Origin: Octopus sinensis
Taxonomy: Eukaryota
Assembly: GCF_006345805.1 (NCBI RefSeq)
Contig: NC_043003.1
Span: 108,252,001 to 108,316,000 of the forward strand
DNA length: 64,000 nucleotides
Direction of reading: 5' to 3'
The notes below the pieces were generated by a model. The model had not been told where the DNA came from, made no database searches, and worked only from the letters and a program-made list of their open reading frames with translations. The stretch's first letter is position 1, and each line of letters starts with the position of its first letter. A program made the translations under genes and the position numbers. Positions 42,023-55,687 of the stretch are shown in pieces.

Positions 42023-43380
42023 GGTGCTAGGACAATTCTTCCCCAGTTATTTCGTCGTCGGTTAATTTGTCCCCGGTCAATTCGTCGTTGATCAATTCAT
42101 CTCCAGGTCAATTCGGCGCTGGCCAATTCGTCCCAAAATACTCTTAAATGGGATTTTCGAGGGAAAGTTTAGAACAATCCCTTTAGAATTAAAATTGTTG
42201 TTGGAAACTTTTAGATATATTTTTCCTTTCTTTAACCCCTCCCCGCCTCTTTCTTAAGTATCTGCGCTGAACAGTTTACGAGCAAATATTTTCAAGTAAT
42301 TCGAATTAAATTTATTCAATACACCTCGCCATCAACATGATTACCAGCAAGATCATAACTTTAGAGAAAGGAAACAATCAAAGTGGTCGATCAAGAAAAT
42401 TATATAAACACAAAAAATAACCAGAATGCAGATGGAATGAAGATATATTGGAGGTGCGAAAATCGTGTGTACAAGGCTGACTACAAACAGATGAAAATTA
42501 TTAAGGGCTTAAGAAGATTGGGATCTATAATCTTGCTTGAACTACTGCAGAGGTGAATGCAAGGATAATAGTTTTTTTTTAATATTAAAGTAAAGTCTAT
42601 TTCATCTCGTGATGCCCCTCGCTCGATTATCTCTCGTGAAATTCAGAATTTAAACGACTGTACATTGTTGCAAATACCTCCATTCGCACTACTTCAAAGC
42701 AATATTTGATGTTGGAGGCAAGCTGATTCCATCTATCCTGCCACCCCTTACAAATGTTGGGCTTTCCATTCCAAGTGAATACTGCTACCTTGACAATGAT
42801 GAAACGTTTTGACAGTATGACAGCGAGAGAGAAGATGCAAAGCGAATAGTAATACTTGTAAGTGACGAAGCACTTCGACAGTTAAAACAGCACAAGAACT
42901 GGCCGGCAAATGGAACATTTAAGTGCTGCTCTTGTATATTTTTTTCAGTTATATACACTCCACATACAAATTGATAATTTTAATGCCCCACGATTGTCCG
43001 CATTGCTCTCTGACAAAAGTCAATACACATATAGAAGACATTTTGCCAAAATAAATAAATTACTGCAGAATGAAGGATCTGATAATATAATTATTGATTT
43101 CGAAAAAGCAGCTCATAACGGATATCTGGAATCGTTTCCTGGGACGAATTTTGCATGCTGCTTGTTTCATTTAGGACTAAATGCGTACAAGCATGTTGTA
43201 CAAGGAGGACTAAAATACTGATATCACGAAGATGACAGTTTTAGTCTAAAAATGCGGTGTTTTGTTGCCCTTGCCTTCCTGCCGGTTGATGATGTTGTAG
43301 ATGGATAAGAACAACTCGTAGATGATGATGATATTCCACAGTCAATTGTATCCTATTTTGAAAATAATCATATAGGACCA
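42023..43380 (+). mobile_element. Mutator-like (MULE) transposon, 5' end and decayed transposase
   Basis: ~15-bp subterminal repeats ggtcaattcgtc; FLYWCH-like IYWRCENR; NGTFK..FFQLYTLH; IIIDFEKA..FPG..CLFHL; ALAFLP. Confidence 0.85.
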
Positions 43381-43387
43381 CCTACAG

Positions 43388-43440
43388 CAGTGCTCCCTAA
43401 CCTGGAGTCTGCAGACCCCTGGTTGTCCGCAAAGGTAGGA
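43388..43440 (+). mobile_element. hAT/Charlie-like terminal fragment
   Basis: cagtgctccctaacctggagtctgcagacccctgg resembles Charlie-type TIRs. Confidence 0.45.
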
Positions 43441-43473
43441 CTGGACTGAATTCAAAATTTCATATATATATAT

Positions 43474-43548
<75 letters not shown>

Positions 43549-43748
43549 ATCCGAAGAATTTACTGGGTTTTTTTTACCTATATCAATAACAGTTTTATGC
43601 AAATAGATAATAGGTAAATAAATAAAATAAACATAGAGTGTATCAATATATAAATATAAATAAGAAATGGAAAACAAAAACAATAAAGTGAACAATTATA
43701 AATTCAGTTCAATTTAATCATTTTATTCAAACAAATGACACATCTCCT

Positions 43749-43832
43749 AAATTACAGCTGTTTCCATTTCATCAAAAAAAAAACAAGTTTTCAAGAATTA
43801 TAATATAATATAATGAGGCTTCATCAGATCAA
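43749..43832 (-). ncRNA. Degenerate type I hammerhead
   Basis: UUGAU-CUGAUGA-agccucauua...ugaugaaaug-GAAA-CAGCUG-UA^AUUU; core and palindromic stem III intact, stems I and II eroded. Confidence 0.5.
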
Positions 43833-44310
43833 TATATCTTCTTCAACATTTCACATGGTAACCAAAATAATAAATTATTTGATATTGGTATTATTTTGGC
43901 TTTGATGTATTTATAGAATTTATTTTTCTACGTCTGTTTAGAATTAGTTTCGTTTTCCGCTTTGTTTATATGTATCTATATGTATATGTATGTGAGTGAA
44001 TGAATAATGTGGTATATATATGAAGATATAGCGTTTTTATCTTGTTTAATTTGTTGTTTTGGATCGTTGTTCGTATTTCGGATATTTCGTTTCTATTGTA
44101 TTACTTTGTTTTTTGTAGTATGTAGGTATTTAAATTTTTCGTTGACCGTATCGAGTTGGTCTCGTTTTTGTTTTGCTTCTATATATGGAAGAATAGTTAT
44201 TTCGCTTGTATTTTAAATAAAGTGTTAGTGGGATTAATATTATAAACCCATTATTGAGATATAAATTCTTTTAGATTTGAATTGATATACGAAATAATGT
44301 TTTACAACAA

Positions 44311-44353
<43 letters not shown>

Positions 44354-44419
44354 AACTGTATATGTATGCATATTGTAAAAAATATTGTGTGTGTGTGTGT
44401 GTGTGTGTGTGTTCGTGAG

Positions 44420-44781
44420 TGTGTAGCTGTGTGGTAAGTAGCTTGCTTACAAACCACATGGTTCCGGGTTCAGTCCCACGGCGTGACACCTTGGGCAAGT
44501 GTCTTCTACTATAGTCTCGCGCCGACTAAAGTCTTGTGAGTGGATTTGGTTGAGGGAAACTGAAAGAAGCCCGTCGTATATGTATATATGTGTGTGTACT
44601 TGTGTGTGTATGCTTGTGTCTCTGTGTTTCCCCCGCCATCGCTTGACAACTGACGTTGGTGTGTCCACATCCCCGTAACTTAGCGGTTCGGCTAAATGAA
44701 TCGATATATTAAGTACTAGGCTTAAAAAGAATAAGTCCTGGGGTCTATTTGTTCGACTAAAGGCGGTGCTCCAGTATGGAA
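44420..44781 (+). mobile_element. tRNA-derived CORE-type SINE, second family
   Basis: gtagctgtgtggtaag..gggttcagtccc..caccttgggcaagtgtctt; 5' fragment also at ~58943, 3' fragments at ~8480(-) and ~18660(-). Confidence 0.82.
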
Positions 44782-45099
44782 GCAAATAAAAGAATCCATG
44801 TGTGTATACGCGCGTGTGTGTATATGTATATATATATACATAAATGGATAAGTGTACAAGTGTTTATATAAATACATATAACTATGTATATATGAATGTG
44901 TGCATTCTGCAACAAAATCGGTTATAAAACTGGATACTAATAGATTTAAATTGAGGAGTTTAGGAATTTCAGTTAGATAATTTATTCATGATTAGCAGAA
45001 ATACCTGGCGTTACCAAGGTTAAAGAGAATAATGAATATTCCATGCCAGCATGGAATATAGACGTCAAGTGAAATGTTAAAAAAAGTTTTCGACCCATA

Positions 45100-45762
45100 T
45101 ATGTATATAAAGTAAATACACGCAATTCGAAAGGACGTGTTGCATAGCTTATTTCGTAACCAAAAACAGGTACATATTATAAACAATGAAAGGCCGATTT
45201 TGGTGATTCATTTCACAGAGGTAGTAGAGAGCCAATCCGATGATAAATCTGACCTTGGATCTTGAAAGTGTGCATGAATCCTGGCTAACAAATATCTTGG
45301 TGACTCCAAATGATGCCATCTGTAGTGCAGCGTTGCATTGTTTAATTTTGTTTTGGAAGTGCTTGGCAACAGTTTCTTCAATGACTCTGCAGTTTGGAGG
45401 ATTGCAGTAAGTTTAACCTTTCCACCACTGCAGCACAGAGCAGGTATCTCTCCAGGACACTCCCTTGCTTTACAATGCATGCACTCAGTTGTCATTGCAC
45501 CAATGGAAACTCTAGTGTCATCTGCATAATGAACTGCTGGATCATAATTGAAAGCTGCTTTATAGAAGTTGCTTCTCTGAGCTGTTGCAAGCAGTAGAGA
45601 TCCTCTGTTCATCACTTTGAGATGCTCTGGCTTTTGTAGTGCACAGTCTGTTCACTTCTTGGTATGCTTCTCTTTCTGCGACTGTCGCTTTTCCCTGAAC
45701 AGAGACATTCTTTTGGCTGACCTTGACATTGTAGAGAAATTTGACACTTTCACTCTTGGCAT
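45100..45762 (-). mobile_element. Helitron Rep/Hel N-terminal fragment
   Basis: AFNYDP..IGAMTTECMHCKA...CCSGGKVKL zinc-finger-like motif and FMHTFKIQGQIYHRIGSLLP; starts MPRVKVSN. Confidence 0.85.
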
Positions 45763-46209
45763 GGTTATATATGTATACAGAAATACACGGGTATAGAAGA
45801 TAGTAAACAGTTAAAATAACTGGGTAACGGAAAATATATTTCTTAATACGACGAGCAGAAAGTATATAAGAAACTTTTATGGAAAGTAAAGAATTGTACG
45901 GGTTGAAGCGAAATTTATCAGTGAACCAAAGAACCAGTATCGAAGGAACTAGAAAAAAACCGTTAACAGCAGAAAAACACAAAACCGTTGCAAAAGTAAA
46001 TAAGAAATTGTTTGGGAAATTAACTAAGTGTACATGTTTAAGTGAAATTTTTGAAGTTACTTCTGTCAATAATTCTGTCAACAACAAAAAAATACACAAC
46101 ACGTTGCAAAAGTAAATAAGAAATTTGTAGGCAAATTTAACGAAGTGTACGGATTGAAGTGAAATTTATGAAGTTACTTCTGTTAGTAAATTATTCTGTC
46201 AATTTTCCT

Positions 46210-46560
46210 TATTTCGCTGATATTCTTGTTCAACACATTGACACTATAAATAACAACTGGAACTGCTCAGGAATTTATAGCTAACACCTTGTTACGGGTA
46301 TTTAACTCAGATTTCAGGACTGCTTGAACTCTCCTGTAACATTCCTTCCTGATCTCTTTTTCATGCTTGCATGCTGAATGCCAGAGCCCTTCATTTATTC
46401 CGAGGTATTTGTAAGTTTGTTCCTGCTCAGGTTCTTTTATGACTGTGTCAACATCCAACACCACTGAATGTGAGGTCTTCAGTTTCCCTTTCTGGAAACT
46501 GGCCTTGGCACATTTATCAAGCTCATTTTCGTTTTTGCCATAAAGTCATCTATATATAAA
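46210..46560 (-). mobile_element. R4/Dong RT fragment
   Basis: YIDD..DKCAK..TYKYLGINEG..CYRRVQAVLKSELNTRNKVLAIN, homologous to 2040-2400. Confidence 0.8.
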
Positions 46561-46644
46561 AATAGATGGCTTATTCTTGTCAATAATAATAATTATTATT
46601 ATTATTATTGTTATTTTTGTTGTTGTTGTTGTTGTTATTATCAT

Positions 46645-46945
46645 TGAAGGCAACGAACTGGCAGAATCGATAGCACCCCTATAGTAGAAAGGATTATTTT
46701 TATCGTTGTTGTTGTTGTTGTCAAGGTGACGAGCTAGCAGAATCATTGGCACGCCGGGCAAAATGCTTAGCGGCATTTCTTTCGTCTTTGCATTCTGAGT
46801 TCAAATTCCGGGGGTCAACTTTGCCTTTCATCCTTTCAGGGTCGATAAAATAAGTACCAGTTGAAACCTGGAGTCAATGTAATCATCTTACCTCTCCCCC
46901 AAATTCCAGACTTTGTGCCTATAGTAGAAATGAGTATTATTGTTG
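46645..46945 (+). mobile_element. Nin/Deu-type SINE, with a short deleted copy upstream
   Basis: gagttcaaattcc..gcctttcatcctttcagggtcgataaaataagtacc..gtgcctatagtagaaa; other copies at ~49780, 56900(-), 62640(-). Confidence 0.82.
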
Positions 46946-47049
46946 TTGTTTTTGTTGTTGTTGCTGTTATCATTATTATTAGCATTATCATCATGTCATC
47001 ATCATCAGCATTGTTGTTGTTGTTGTTATTATTTTATAGCTATATTAAA

Positions 47050-48530
47050 ATTTTCCTTTAAGAAACATCTAAAACTTGGACACATATTGAATGACAAGTA
47101 TACTCTTATTCAAGATTCAGACCACTGTGACTAACTTCTTTTTAAAATACTATGGACCCGGAAGACAGAAGCACGATATGGAAACAAAAACAGAAGCTAC
47201 GATATGGTTTTTAACAGACGGGGATGGGCGGATGCTACACGATTCTAAGCAGATAAGTGCATCTTTTAAGTAATACTTTACGCGTCTGTTCCGAAAACTT
47301 GAGGAAGCCATATCTGAAATGTAGGTCAGAAGTGACGAACTCATACATCTATTCTTCCGTAAAACACTGATTATTGAGTCTTGCTCTAGTTTCCTTTAAG
47401 GAGATTAAAGCAGCTGCTGCTCTTTAACAATTGATTGAAGAAGCACATGCTATTGATCAAATATTTCATCTTCTAGCAACAGCATCTGCACAAACATCTC
47501 AGTATATCATGACTGATGATACACTGTCATGCGCAGAGGTTGTGGCGTATACAGAAATTCCTGGTTAGCGAGCAGATGTGGCCACTTTTTCGCATAACTG
47601 GTTTCCGTGACGAAGTAGCCATTCCGAAACAAGAGAAGACTATGCCTGGGCGCCTGACTTCTGGCGCTCAGCCTTGACGAGGCGGACGGTAGAACTTTCC
47701 CATTAGCTATCCCGAAGACAATGGACAACTTCCGGAAATCTCTGACTTAGCAATGCTACCAAGAGGTAGGTCCTGTTTCTTGTTGATGGTACTATTATTA
47801 TCAGTAATTAGGATCTGTGAGCTACATCGCGACTTCCCTTTTATAAAAAGATGATGAAGGAAAACATGTATAAAGTTAATAAAAATTTAACAAATTCTCT
47901 AAAGAAACATTTAACCCTAAGCCAGTACCATTATTGTTTGAAACCTTCCTCTTCCATTTACAGTCAGAATTAACATGAAACAACTGTAAATTCTTTCATT
48001 TAATTATGATAATTAACAAGATACGTGGAATTTACACGTTCTGTACATGTTATTTCTAGTTTCTGTACATTATAATCGTTTGGCATTGCTGTGTTCTCTA
48101 CTACTTATTAAGACTATCACCGTATTTATCAAGTGAAATTTGTCTTAGCATTATCATGCTTCAAGCTGATGAAATAATCACTAAATCGACGATTACTAAG
48201 ACATATCTATTTGTTTTTCAATTGTTTAGATGTCGTTCAGAAGCTAGGAATGTTTGTAACAATTTTGATAAATGCTTCAAAAGTATATCTTCACGGCGTT
48301 AGTATAACAGACTGCAGTAATTTATTTCAGAAATTAACAACTTATGACAAATTTGTCAGCCGGATTATAAGTTCTGTCAAATATTCCAGAATGCCTAATA
48401 GTTATTGTCTGTTTGTCTGTAGCAATGTTATTTCATCAAATGAATTTAGTTGAGATTCATGAAAAGTGTTTATCATGTAAATTAAATACCTTGATGTATT
48501 CATAGCCGTCAGATTTACCAGTTTAATGTC
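47050..48530 (-). pseudogene. Coding-like, frame-disrupted unique sequence (one or two candidate exons)
   Basis: Protein-like fragments in shifting frames (EDILLKHLSKLLQTFL; TETSYAKKWPHLLANQEFLYTPQPLRM; RAAAALISLKETRARL; RVKYYLKDALICLES); possible acceptor near 47839; family not identified. Confidence 0.3.
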
Positions 48531-48725
48531 TATTTTAGTTACAGACTTAGCTTTAAAGATTAGCTATTAGCTATTAAAAATCTAATTTAGTTTCTTCCGC
48601 TGATTATTTGATAATGAATTTATTGTACCTCGTACCCTTGAGATCTTATTTAGATTGGACATTCGTCTCATTATCGCATATGACGAAAGTAGACCAGCTC
48701 TTGCTAGTTAATGGTGACTGTACTG

Positions 48726-48794
<69 letters not shown>

Positions 48795-48797
<3 letters not shown>

Positions 48798-49260
48798 GAT
48801 GGGCTACAGCAAATATTATGTTCATTACCACATATTTGCTTGTCAGTTGTTTGACCTTAACCAGTTGAGCATGTCCCTTGGTGGCTGACGATATGTGCAT
48901 CTCTGATCACGAGCAGAAGTAGTGGGGAAGCATCATAGCCGTGAGTTAAGAAGAATTCTTTGGGGTTTGAATAATTCACCCTTGGAAACATGAGTGTTCC
49001 GTTCAACATCCTTAAACAACCCTTATTCAGGAACCTTTTGAGTCGGATGGGCTACTCGACCTGAAGAAAATTCTAACTGGGCCCCACCTGCAAGGTCATG
49101 TGCTGTTTATCTTGATATGAAATCATGTGGCGCACATATGGTTGTGATGCATGTGCCAGGTGCACTCTTATCAGACGACTAGTCATGATGGATATACTGG
49201 GCTTCCTATATTTTACCCCAGTGTCACTTTGATGGCATGAACTGCTCTCTCACTCAATAA
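48795..49260 (+). mobile_element. Non-coding insert flanked by (AAT)n; probable 3'UTR of a TAA-targeting LINE
   Basis: (AAT)n on both sides, no ORF; same placement as the R4/Dong copies. Confidence 0.45.
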
Positions 49261-49299
49261 TAATAATAACAATAATAATAATGATAACAATAATAATAA

Positions 49300-49660
49300 T
49301 GGTGGACATCCCTGTCGAAGACGACATATGAGTGTCCAACTTTTGCCGAAGGAGCTGCACAAATAATTTGTTTATAGCGATCGAGTGTTCGTAGCACACA
49401 TTAGCTCACTCTCTCCATTTTTTGATATGAAATCTGTAAGGTTTGTGCCTGTGATAATTGGTGAATTAGGGAGTGTGAGTAGTGACATAGTCAAATAGTT
49501 AAAGGAGATTGGAATGGAGTGTCCTGCGGAGCTTCTACAAATATTTTGCTTCATAGAAAGAGAAACGATTATCAGAATGATTATTGAAATCGTGTAGATA
49601 TCTGAGGTTAGAGGTAAAAACCCGCTCAGGAATGAGACAAATACTGAGTCAAGTCAATGA
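49300..49660 (+). mobile_element. R4/Dong-like RLE C-terminus ending in (GAA)n
   Basis: FVPVIIGELGSV..LKEIGM..ELLQ matches the PIIVGALG terminal motif. Confidence 0.6.
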
Positions 49661-50086
49661 AGAAGAAGAAGAAGAAGAAGAAGAAGAAGAAGAAGAAGAA
49701 GAAGAAGAAGAAGAAGAAGAAGAAGAAGAAGAAAAAGAAGGAGGAGAAGGAGGAGGAGGAGGAGGATAAGGGAAAATGCTTAACAGTATTTCATCCGTCT
49801 TTACTTTCTGAGTTCAAATTTCGCCGAGGTCAACTTTGCCTTTCATCCTTTTGGGAACGATAAAACAAATACCAATATAGCACTGGGGCTGATTTAATCG
49901 ACATACCCCCTCCCCAAATTTCAGTCCTTGTGCCTATAGTATAAAAGATTATTTTAGTCAATAAAACATGGATGAATGATCAGGTTGTGGCTACTTGGTT
50001 GTCGTTTTTGTTTAGTTCAAGATTCGCTGTGACTGATAAGATTTGTAATCAAAAGTATTCCAACAGTTACCAGCTATGTGCGTGCA

Positions 50087-50135
<49 letters not shown>

Positions 50136-50224
50136 TCAGTAAATCATAAATCCCAAAAAGAAGCACACTCTAAGTTATAGAGCAATAGAGTATATTGATA
50201 CAGATAGATAGGGCCAGTCTATGG

Positions 50225-50282
50225 GTGTAGCCTGAGTTTCACGTCCATAAAGCGCTCAGCTTAACAGCGTTTCTTCAGACAC
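50225..50282 (-). ncRNA. Degenerate type I hammerhead (U16.1 mutated)
   Basis: GUGU-CUGAAGA-aACG...CGU-GAAA-CUCAGG-CU-ACAC in a TA-flanked insert. Confidence 0.45.
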
Positions 50283-50317
50283 TAAAACTCCTATGTGTGT
50301 GTGTGTGCATGTATATA

Positions 50318-50428
<111 letters not shown>

Positions 50429-50453
50429 TAGATAGATAGATAGATAGATAGAT

Positions 50454-50495
<42 letters not shown>

Positions 50496-50559
50496 CGATA
50501 TAGATATAGATATATATAAAAGACTGCATTATCAAATTTATATATATATATATATATGT

Positions 50560-50596
<37 letters not shown>

Positions 50597-50612
50597 TATG
50601 TATGTATGTATG

Positions 50613-50646
<34 letters not shown>

Positions 50647-51945
50647 TGTATGTATGTATGTATGTATGTATGTATGTATGTATGTATGTATGTATGTATG
50701 TATGTATGTATGTGTGTGTGTGTGTACGTCCGTATGTATGTGTGGGTATACATATATATATAAGACTGCTTCTATTTCTAACATAAAAGGGCGTAGTTTG
50801 AGATTTCGTTGCTAATATCAGCAAGCTAAGAGACTACGTGGGGGCTCTTTCAGTGACTCTTTCTTGTAGTTGGTCGCTGTCACAAAAACTGTAGTGCAGG
50901 CGATCAGATTCAAAGTGCTGGAAAGTGATCATATTTTGCAAGACAACTTAATGTAGATTATTACTACATAAATATCATTGCATCACTCTATCATTTTATC
51001 GACAAGATGTTATTGTATACCTCAGGTCACAATGCTCTCCAGCACATTGTTGTAACTTTCTAATGAAACTGTTCCACTGACTAGGTAGACAGGCCAATAT
51101 TTCCTCTGAACAGAGTGCCAGCTGAGTGGACTGGAGCAACGTGAAATGAAACGTTTTGCTCAAGAACACACCGCACCGCTTGTCTGGCAATCGAATACAT
51201 GTTCTTTCGAATATGAGTGCGACGTCTTAACCATTACTCAAGGCGTCTTGACTAATATGCATATTTGAAGAAGAATTAGGATGAAATATCGCTTCTGTAT
51301 CCAAGAAAACTTCATGAAATACTTGTATGATAATGAATAGCGTTATATTTATGATGGATAAAATATATAATTGGTTGAGGGGAACATGATTATCAAGTAC
51401 TTAAGCTATCCTTCAACAAGAAAGATAAGCATGAGAGATTATAATTTCCTTTACATCTGTTTCAAGTTTAAAGTCTTTTTCATGCTATTGTACTATTATC
51501 CATGGTTTCTCCACAAGTTAAGCTGATATATGTGAAATAAAATCTGGTGTGAGCAAAACTAGTGATGGTCTTCAACGGCGAAAATCATTCAATAAATTTA
51601 AAGAAATTTAGATAAGTTTATTTCTATGGTGGCAAGATGCAATACTTACGCTTCAAATAAAAGTCTTCTTCACAGAAAGATATAAACGGTTAGAGTAGCA
51701 CTAGGCAAGCGTATTTGGTCCACTTACATCACTAGTTTTCACGGTCTTTTGGTTTTATCTAACATTTGTCAACTCAGCTTGTAGTGAAACCTTGAAATAA
51801 TACCATAAAAGCTACATTAAACTTGAAACAGAAAGAGAAATTATTGCCCAAAGTATTTATATCATATTATGTATGATTTTATATTTATATATACATGTAT
51901 ACGAACCTATGTATATACGTGTATATGAAGGGATATATGTGTGTG

Positions 51946-51997
<52 letters not shown>

Positions 51998-52079
51998 GGT
52001 CCCGGGTTGAGTCGGGGTTAACCACAGTAAATAAGGTACTCAATACATAGCAGAGTAAATTAAGTTATTTTATAGAAGG

Positions 52080-52130
52080 AGCTTCTACAGGACTAGAACT
52101 GTTTCATTCAAAAGAAATCATCAGGAAGCT
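52080..52130 (-). ncRNA. Type I hammerhead, left arm
   Basis: Reverse complement of 52203-52253. Confidence 0.75.
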
Positions 52131-52202
52131 AGGTGACAAGAATAGTTTTGGCATTTATACACCTGCCTAAGTGTATAAATGCCAAAACTATTCTTGTCAC
52201 CT

Positions 52203-52253
52203 AGCTTCCTGATGATTTCTTTTGAATGAAACAGTTCTAGTCCTGTAGAAGCT
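52203..52253 (+). ncRNA. Type I hammerhead, right arm
   Basis: AGCUUC-CUGAUGA-uUUC uuuu GAAu-GAAA-CAG uucuaguc CUG-UA^GAAGCU; 6-bp stem I, intramolecular stem III. Confidence 0.75.
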
Positions 52254-52293
52254 CCTTCTATAAAATAAATAAATATATATATATATATATATA

Positions 52294-52404
52294 TAAAACA
52301 TTATTGGTGAATTGTAGAAATGGAGCTGAACGCAGATTGAACAGAAATCGTTTCTGTTCAATCTGCGTTCAGCTCCATTTCTACAATTCACCAATAATGT
52401 TTTA
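52294..52404. repeat. Perfect fold-back, 54-bp arms, 3-nt loop
   Basis: taaaacattattggtg..gaacagaaa tcg tttctgttc..caccaataatgtttta. Confidence 0.93.
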
Positions 52405-53529
52405 ATTTCAATTATCCGCACCAACGCACGGTTGTAACGCCAGATGGTTGTACCTCCAACCGTGCTGTTTACTGCTGTGATTTTTGCTACTAAGGTATCG
52501 GTTAAACTTTTGATTAATCTACTACAAGATTATTCATCTTTCTATTTCACATTATATATATATATATATATTATATATATATATATATAATATATATATA
52601 TATATACTTGTATGTATGTATATATGTATGTATGTATATATATATATCTATATATATATATACATATATATATACATATATGTGCATGTGTATATACATG
52701 TATAAATATACGAACACACACACACAAACACCCACACATATATATACTCGAATATATGTACACATGTACATCTGTATGTGTGTGCATGTAGGCACGTATG
52801 TGTGTCAAATACAATTGTAATCATTACAATTCACAAGTAAATTTGTAAGTAAATAACGAAAGATTTCAAATTTTCTTTCGAAAATTACATACGGTATCGA
52901 AATATGCTGCTACTAGTGTGTCTCAGGCATTCATTCTGAATGGGCTAATAACCTTATTGGTGCATCCATATACATTTCTAATTTTTATAGGTTTTTGGTT
53001 TTTTACAATTTATCTTATGTTATAGTATTATCTTAACGCTTGAATATATAACAATAAAATTGTTATAAGGGTATGTGCACATGTGATATCTGTAGAAAAA
53101 AATGACAAAAATCATATATGGCTTTATAAGTGGAACGTTTTGCCATCAGCTTCAGCTCGTGATAAAGAAATAAGAAAAAATATAAAAATAAAATAAAGAA
53201 TAGATATAAAAACAAATACAAGTAGACAGAATGTTATGAGTATCACATTCATATCTTCTGTTTATTTCTATGTGATAATGAGAATAAGCACGTATAATAA
53301 ATACGTGTTTGTTTGATTGCAAATATGGATTATCCTCGGTGTGTATGTCTGCCACTGATAAGTTCGTTTGTGTATATGTGCAAATTTTTATATCTTATAT
53401 ATACATAAATATATGCACATACATATACGTATGTACTCATACATTCATACACATACACGTATGTAAATGCTCACACTCATACGTACACATACATATATAT
53501 GCATTTATATATTTGTATATCTATGTTAT

Positions 53530-53774
53530 GTATATATGTATGCATACATGTATGTATGTATGTATGTATGTATGCATGTATGTATGCATGTATGTATGTA
53601 TGTATATGTATGTGTATGTATGTATGTATGTATGTATGTATGTATGTATGTATGTATGTATGTATGTATGTATGTATGTATGTATGCATGTATGTATGTA
53701 TGTATGTATGTATGTATGTATGTATGCATGTATGTATGTATGTATGTATGTATGTATGTATGTATGTGTGTATG

Positions 53775-53806
<32 letters not shown>

Positions 53807-53892
53807 TGTATGCATGTATGTATGTATGTATATGTATGTATGTATGTATGCATGTATGTATGTATGTATGTATGTATGTGTATGTATGTATG

Positions 53893-53924
<32 letters not shown>

Positions 53925-54060
53925 TGCATGTATGTATGTATGTATGTATGTATGTGTGTATGTATGTATGTATGTATGTATGTATATGTATGTATGCATG
54001 TATGTATGTATGTATGTATGTATGTATGTATGCATGTATGTATGCATGTATGTATGTATG

Positions 54061-54092
<32 letters not shown>

Positions 54093-54289
54093 TGTATGTA
54101 TGTATGTGTATGTATGTATGCTGTATGTATGTATGTATGTATGTATGTATGCATGTATGTATGTATGTATGTATGTATGTGTGTATGTATGTATGTATGT
54201 ATGTATATGTATGTATGCATGTATGTATGTATGTATGTATGTATGTATGTATGTATGTATGCATGTATGTATGCATGTATGTATGTATG

Positions 54290-54321
<32 letters not shown>

Positions 54322-54477
54322 TGTATGTATGTATGCATGTATGTATGTATGTATGTATGTATGTATGTATGTATGTATGTATGTATGTATATGTATGTAT
54401 GCATGTATGTATGTATGTATGTATGTATGTATGTATGTATGTATGTATGTATGCATGTATGTATGCATGTATGTATG

Positions 54478-54509
<32 letters not shown>

Positions 54510-54607
54510 TGTATGCATGTATGTATGTATGTATGTATGTATGTATGTATGTATGTATGCATGTATGTATGTATGTATGCATGTATGTATGCATGTATGT
54601 ATGTATG

Positions 54608-54639
<32 letters not shown>

Positions 54640-54923
54640 TGTATGTATGTGTGTATGTATGTATGTATGTATGTATGTATATGTATGTATGCATGTATGT
54701 ATGTATGTATGTATGTATGCATGTATGTATGTATGTATGTATGTATGTATGTATGTATGTATATGTATGTATGCATGTATGTATGTATGTATGTATGTAT
54801 GTATGTGTGTATGTATGTATGTATGTATATGTATGTATGCATGTATGTATGTATGTATGTATGTATGTATGTATGTATGTATGTATGTATGTATGCATGT
54901 ATGTATGCATGTATGTATGTATG

Positions 54924-54955
<32 letters not shown>

Positions 54956-55123
54956 TGTATGTATGCATGTATGTATGTATGTATGTATGTATGTGTGTAT
55001 GTATGTATGTATGTATGTATGTATGTGTATGTATGTATGTATATGTATGTATGCATGTATGTATGTATGTATGTATGCATGCACGTATGTGTGTATGTAT
55101 GTATATGTATGTATGTATGTATG

Positions 55124-55155
<32 letters not shown>

Positions 55156-55278
55156 TGTATGTGTGTATGTATGTATGTATGTATGTATGTATGTATGTAT
55201 GTATGTATGTATGTATGTATATGTATGTATGTATGTATGTATGCATGCACGTATGTGTGTATGTATGTATGTATATGT
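53530..55278. repeat. ~1.75-kb interrupted (TATG)n array
   Basis: Direct reading. Confidence 0.98.
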
Positions 55279-55687
55279 AATACACTCATTTAAATACATT
55301 ACGCCGGGCAGCATGAGAGTGGTTGAGTGTTTGCGTAGATGAAAACGATTATTATTTGCTGTTGCATATAGTTAATAGAAGCGTTGTGAGAAGAGTTTCT
55401 ATTGAAGTAGAAATACAAGATGAATATTGAAGTTAGTAGATACTTGTCAGAACTGAGATAGAAATATTCACAATATCGTGCATGGCTACATTAATAATGT
55501 TTTGATTAAGAATTAGGTTACATTATTGTCAACGATGTTTCATCAGGGAATGAGAAATAAACGCCTGTGTGTTTTTATATCTTTTCTTGGATAAGAAGCT
55601 CTTGTAGGTGTATTTTTAGGTAAAGGATATGATGTTATAAACACCCATTCAAGAGAAAAAAGGTGATGCACCTCACCGTGTTGGACG

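Larger units (their letters stand above)
52065..52268. mobile_element. Perfect fold-back (98-bp arms, 8-nt loop) with one hammerhead per strand
   Basis: 52065-52162 is the exact inverse of 52171-52268; (TA)n on both sides of the insert. Confidence 0.88.

Noticed and set aside
47477-47765. Plus-strand exon (ttctag..gtaggt)
   Set aside because: All three frames are interrupted and the minus-strand reading looks more protein-like; unresolved
49058-49098. Hammerhead at gacCTGAAGA
   Set aside because: No properly placed GAAA or stem III
53309-55342. ~600-aa CMYV and HTYI ORFs
   Set aside because: Translations of (TATG)n; the same applies to all IY, YLSI and poly-I/L ORFs in the track
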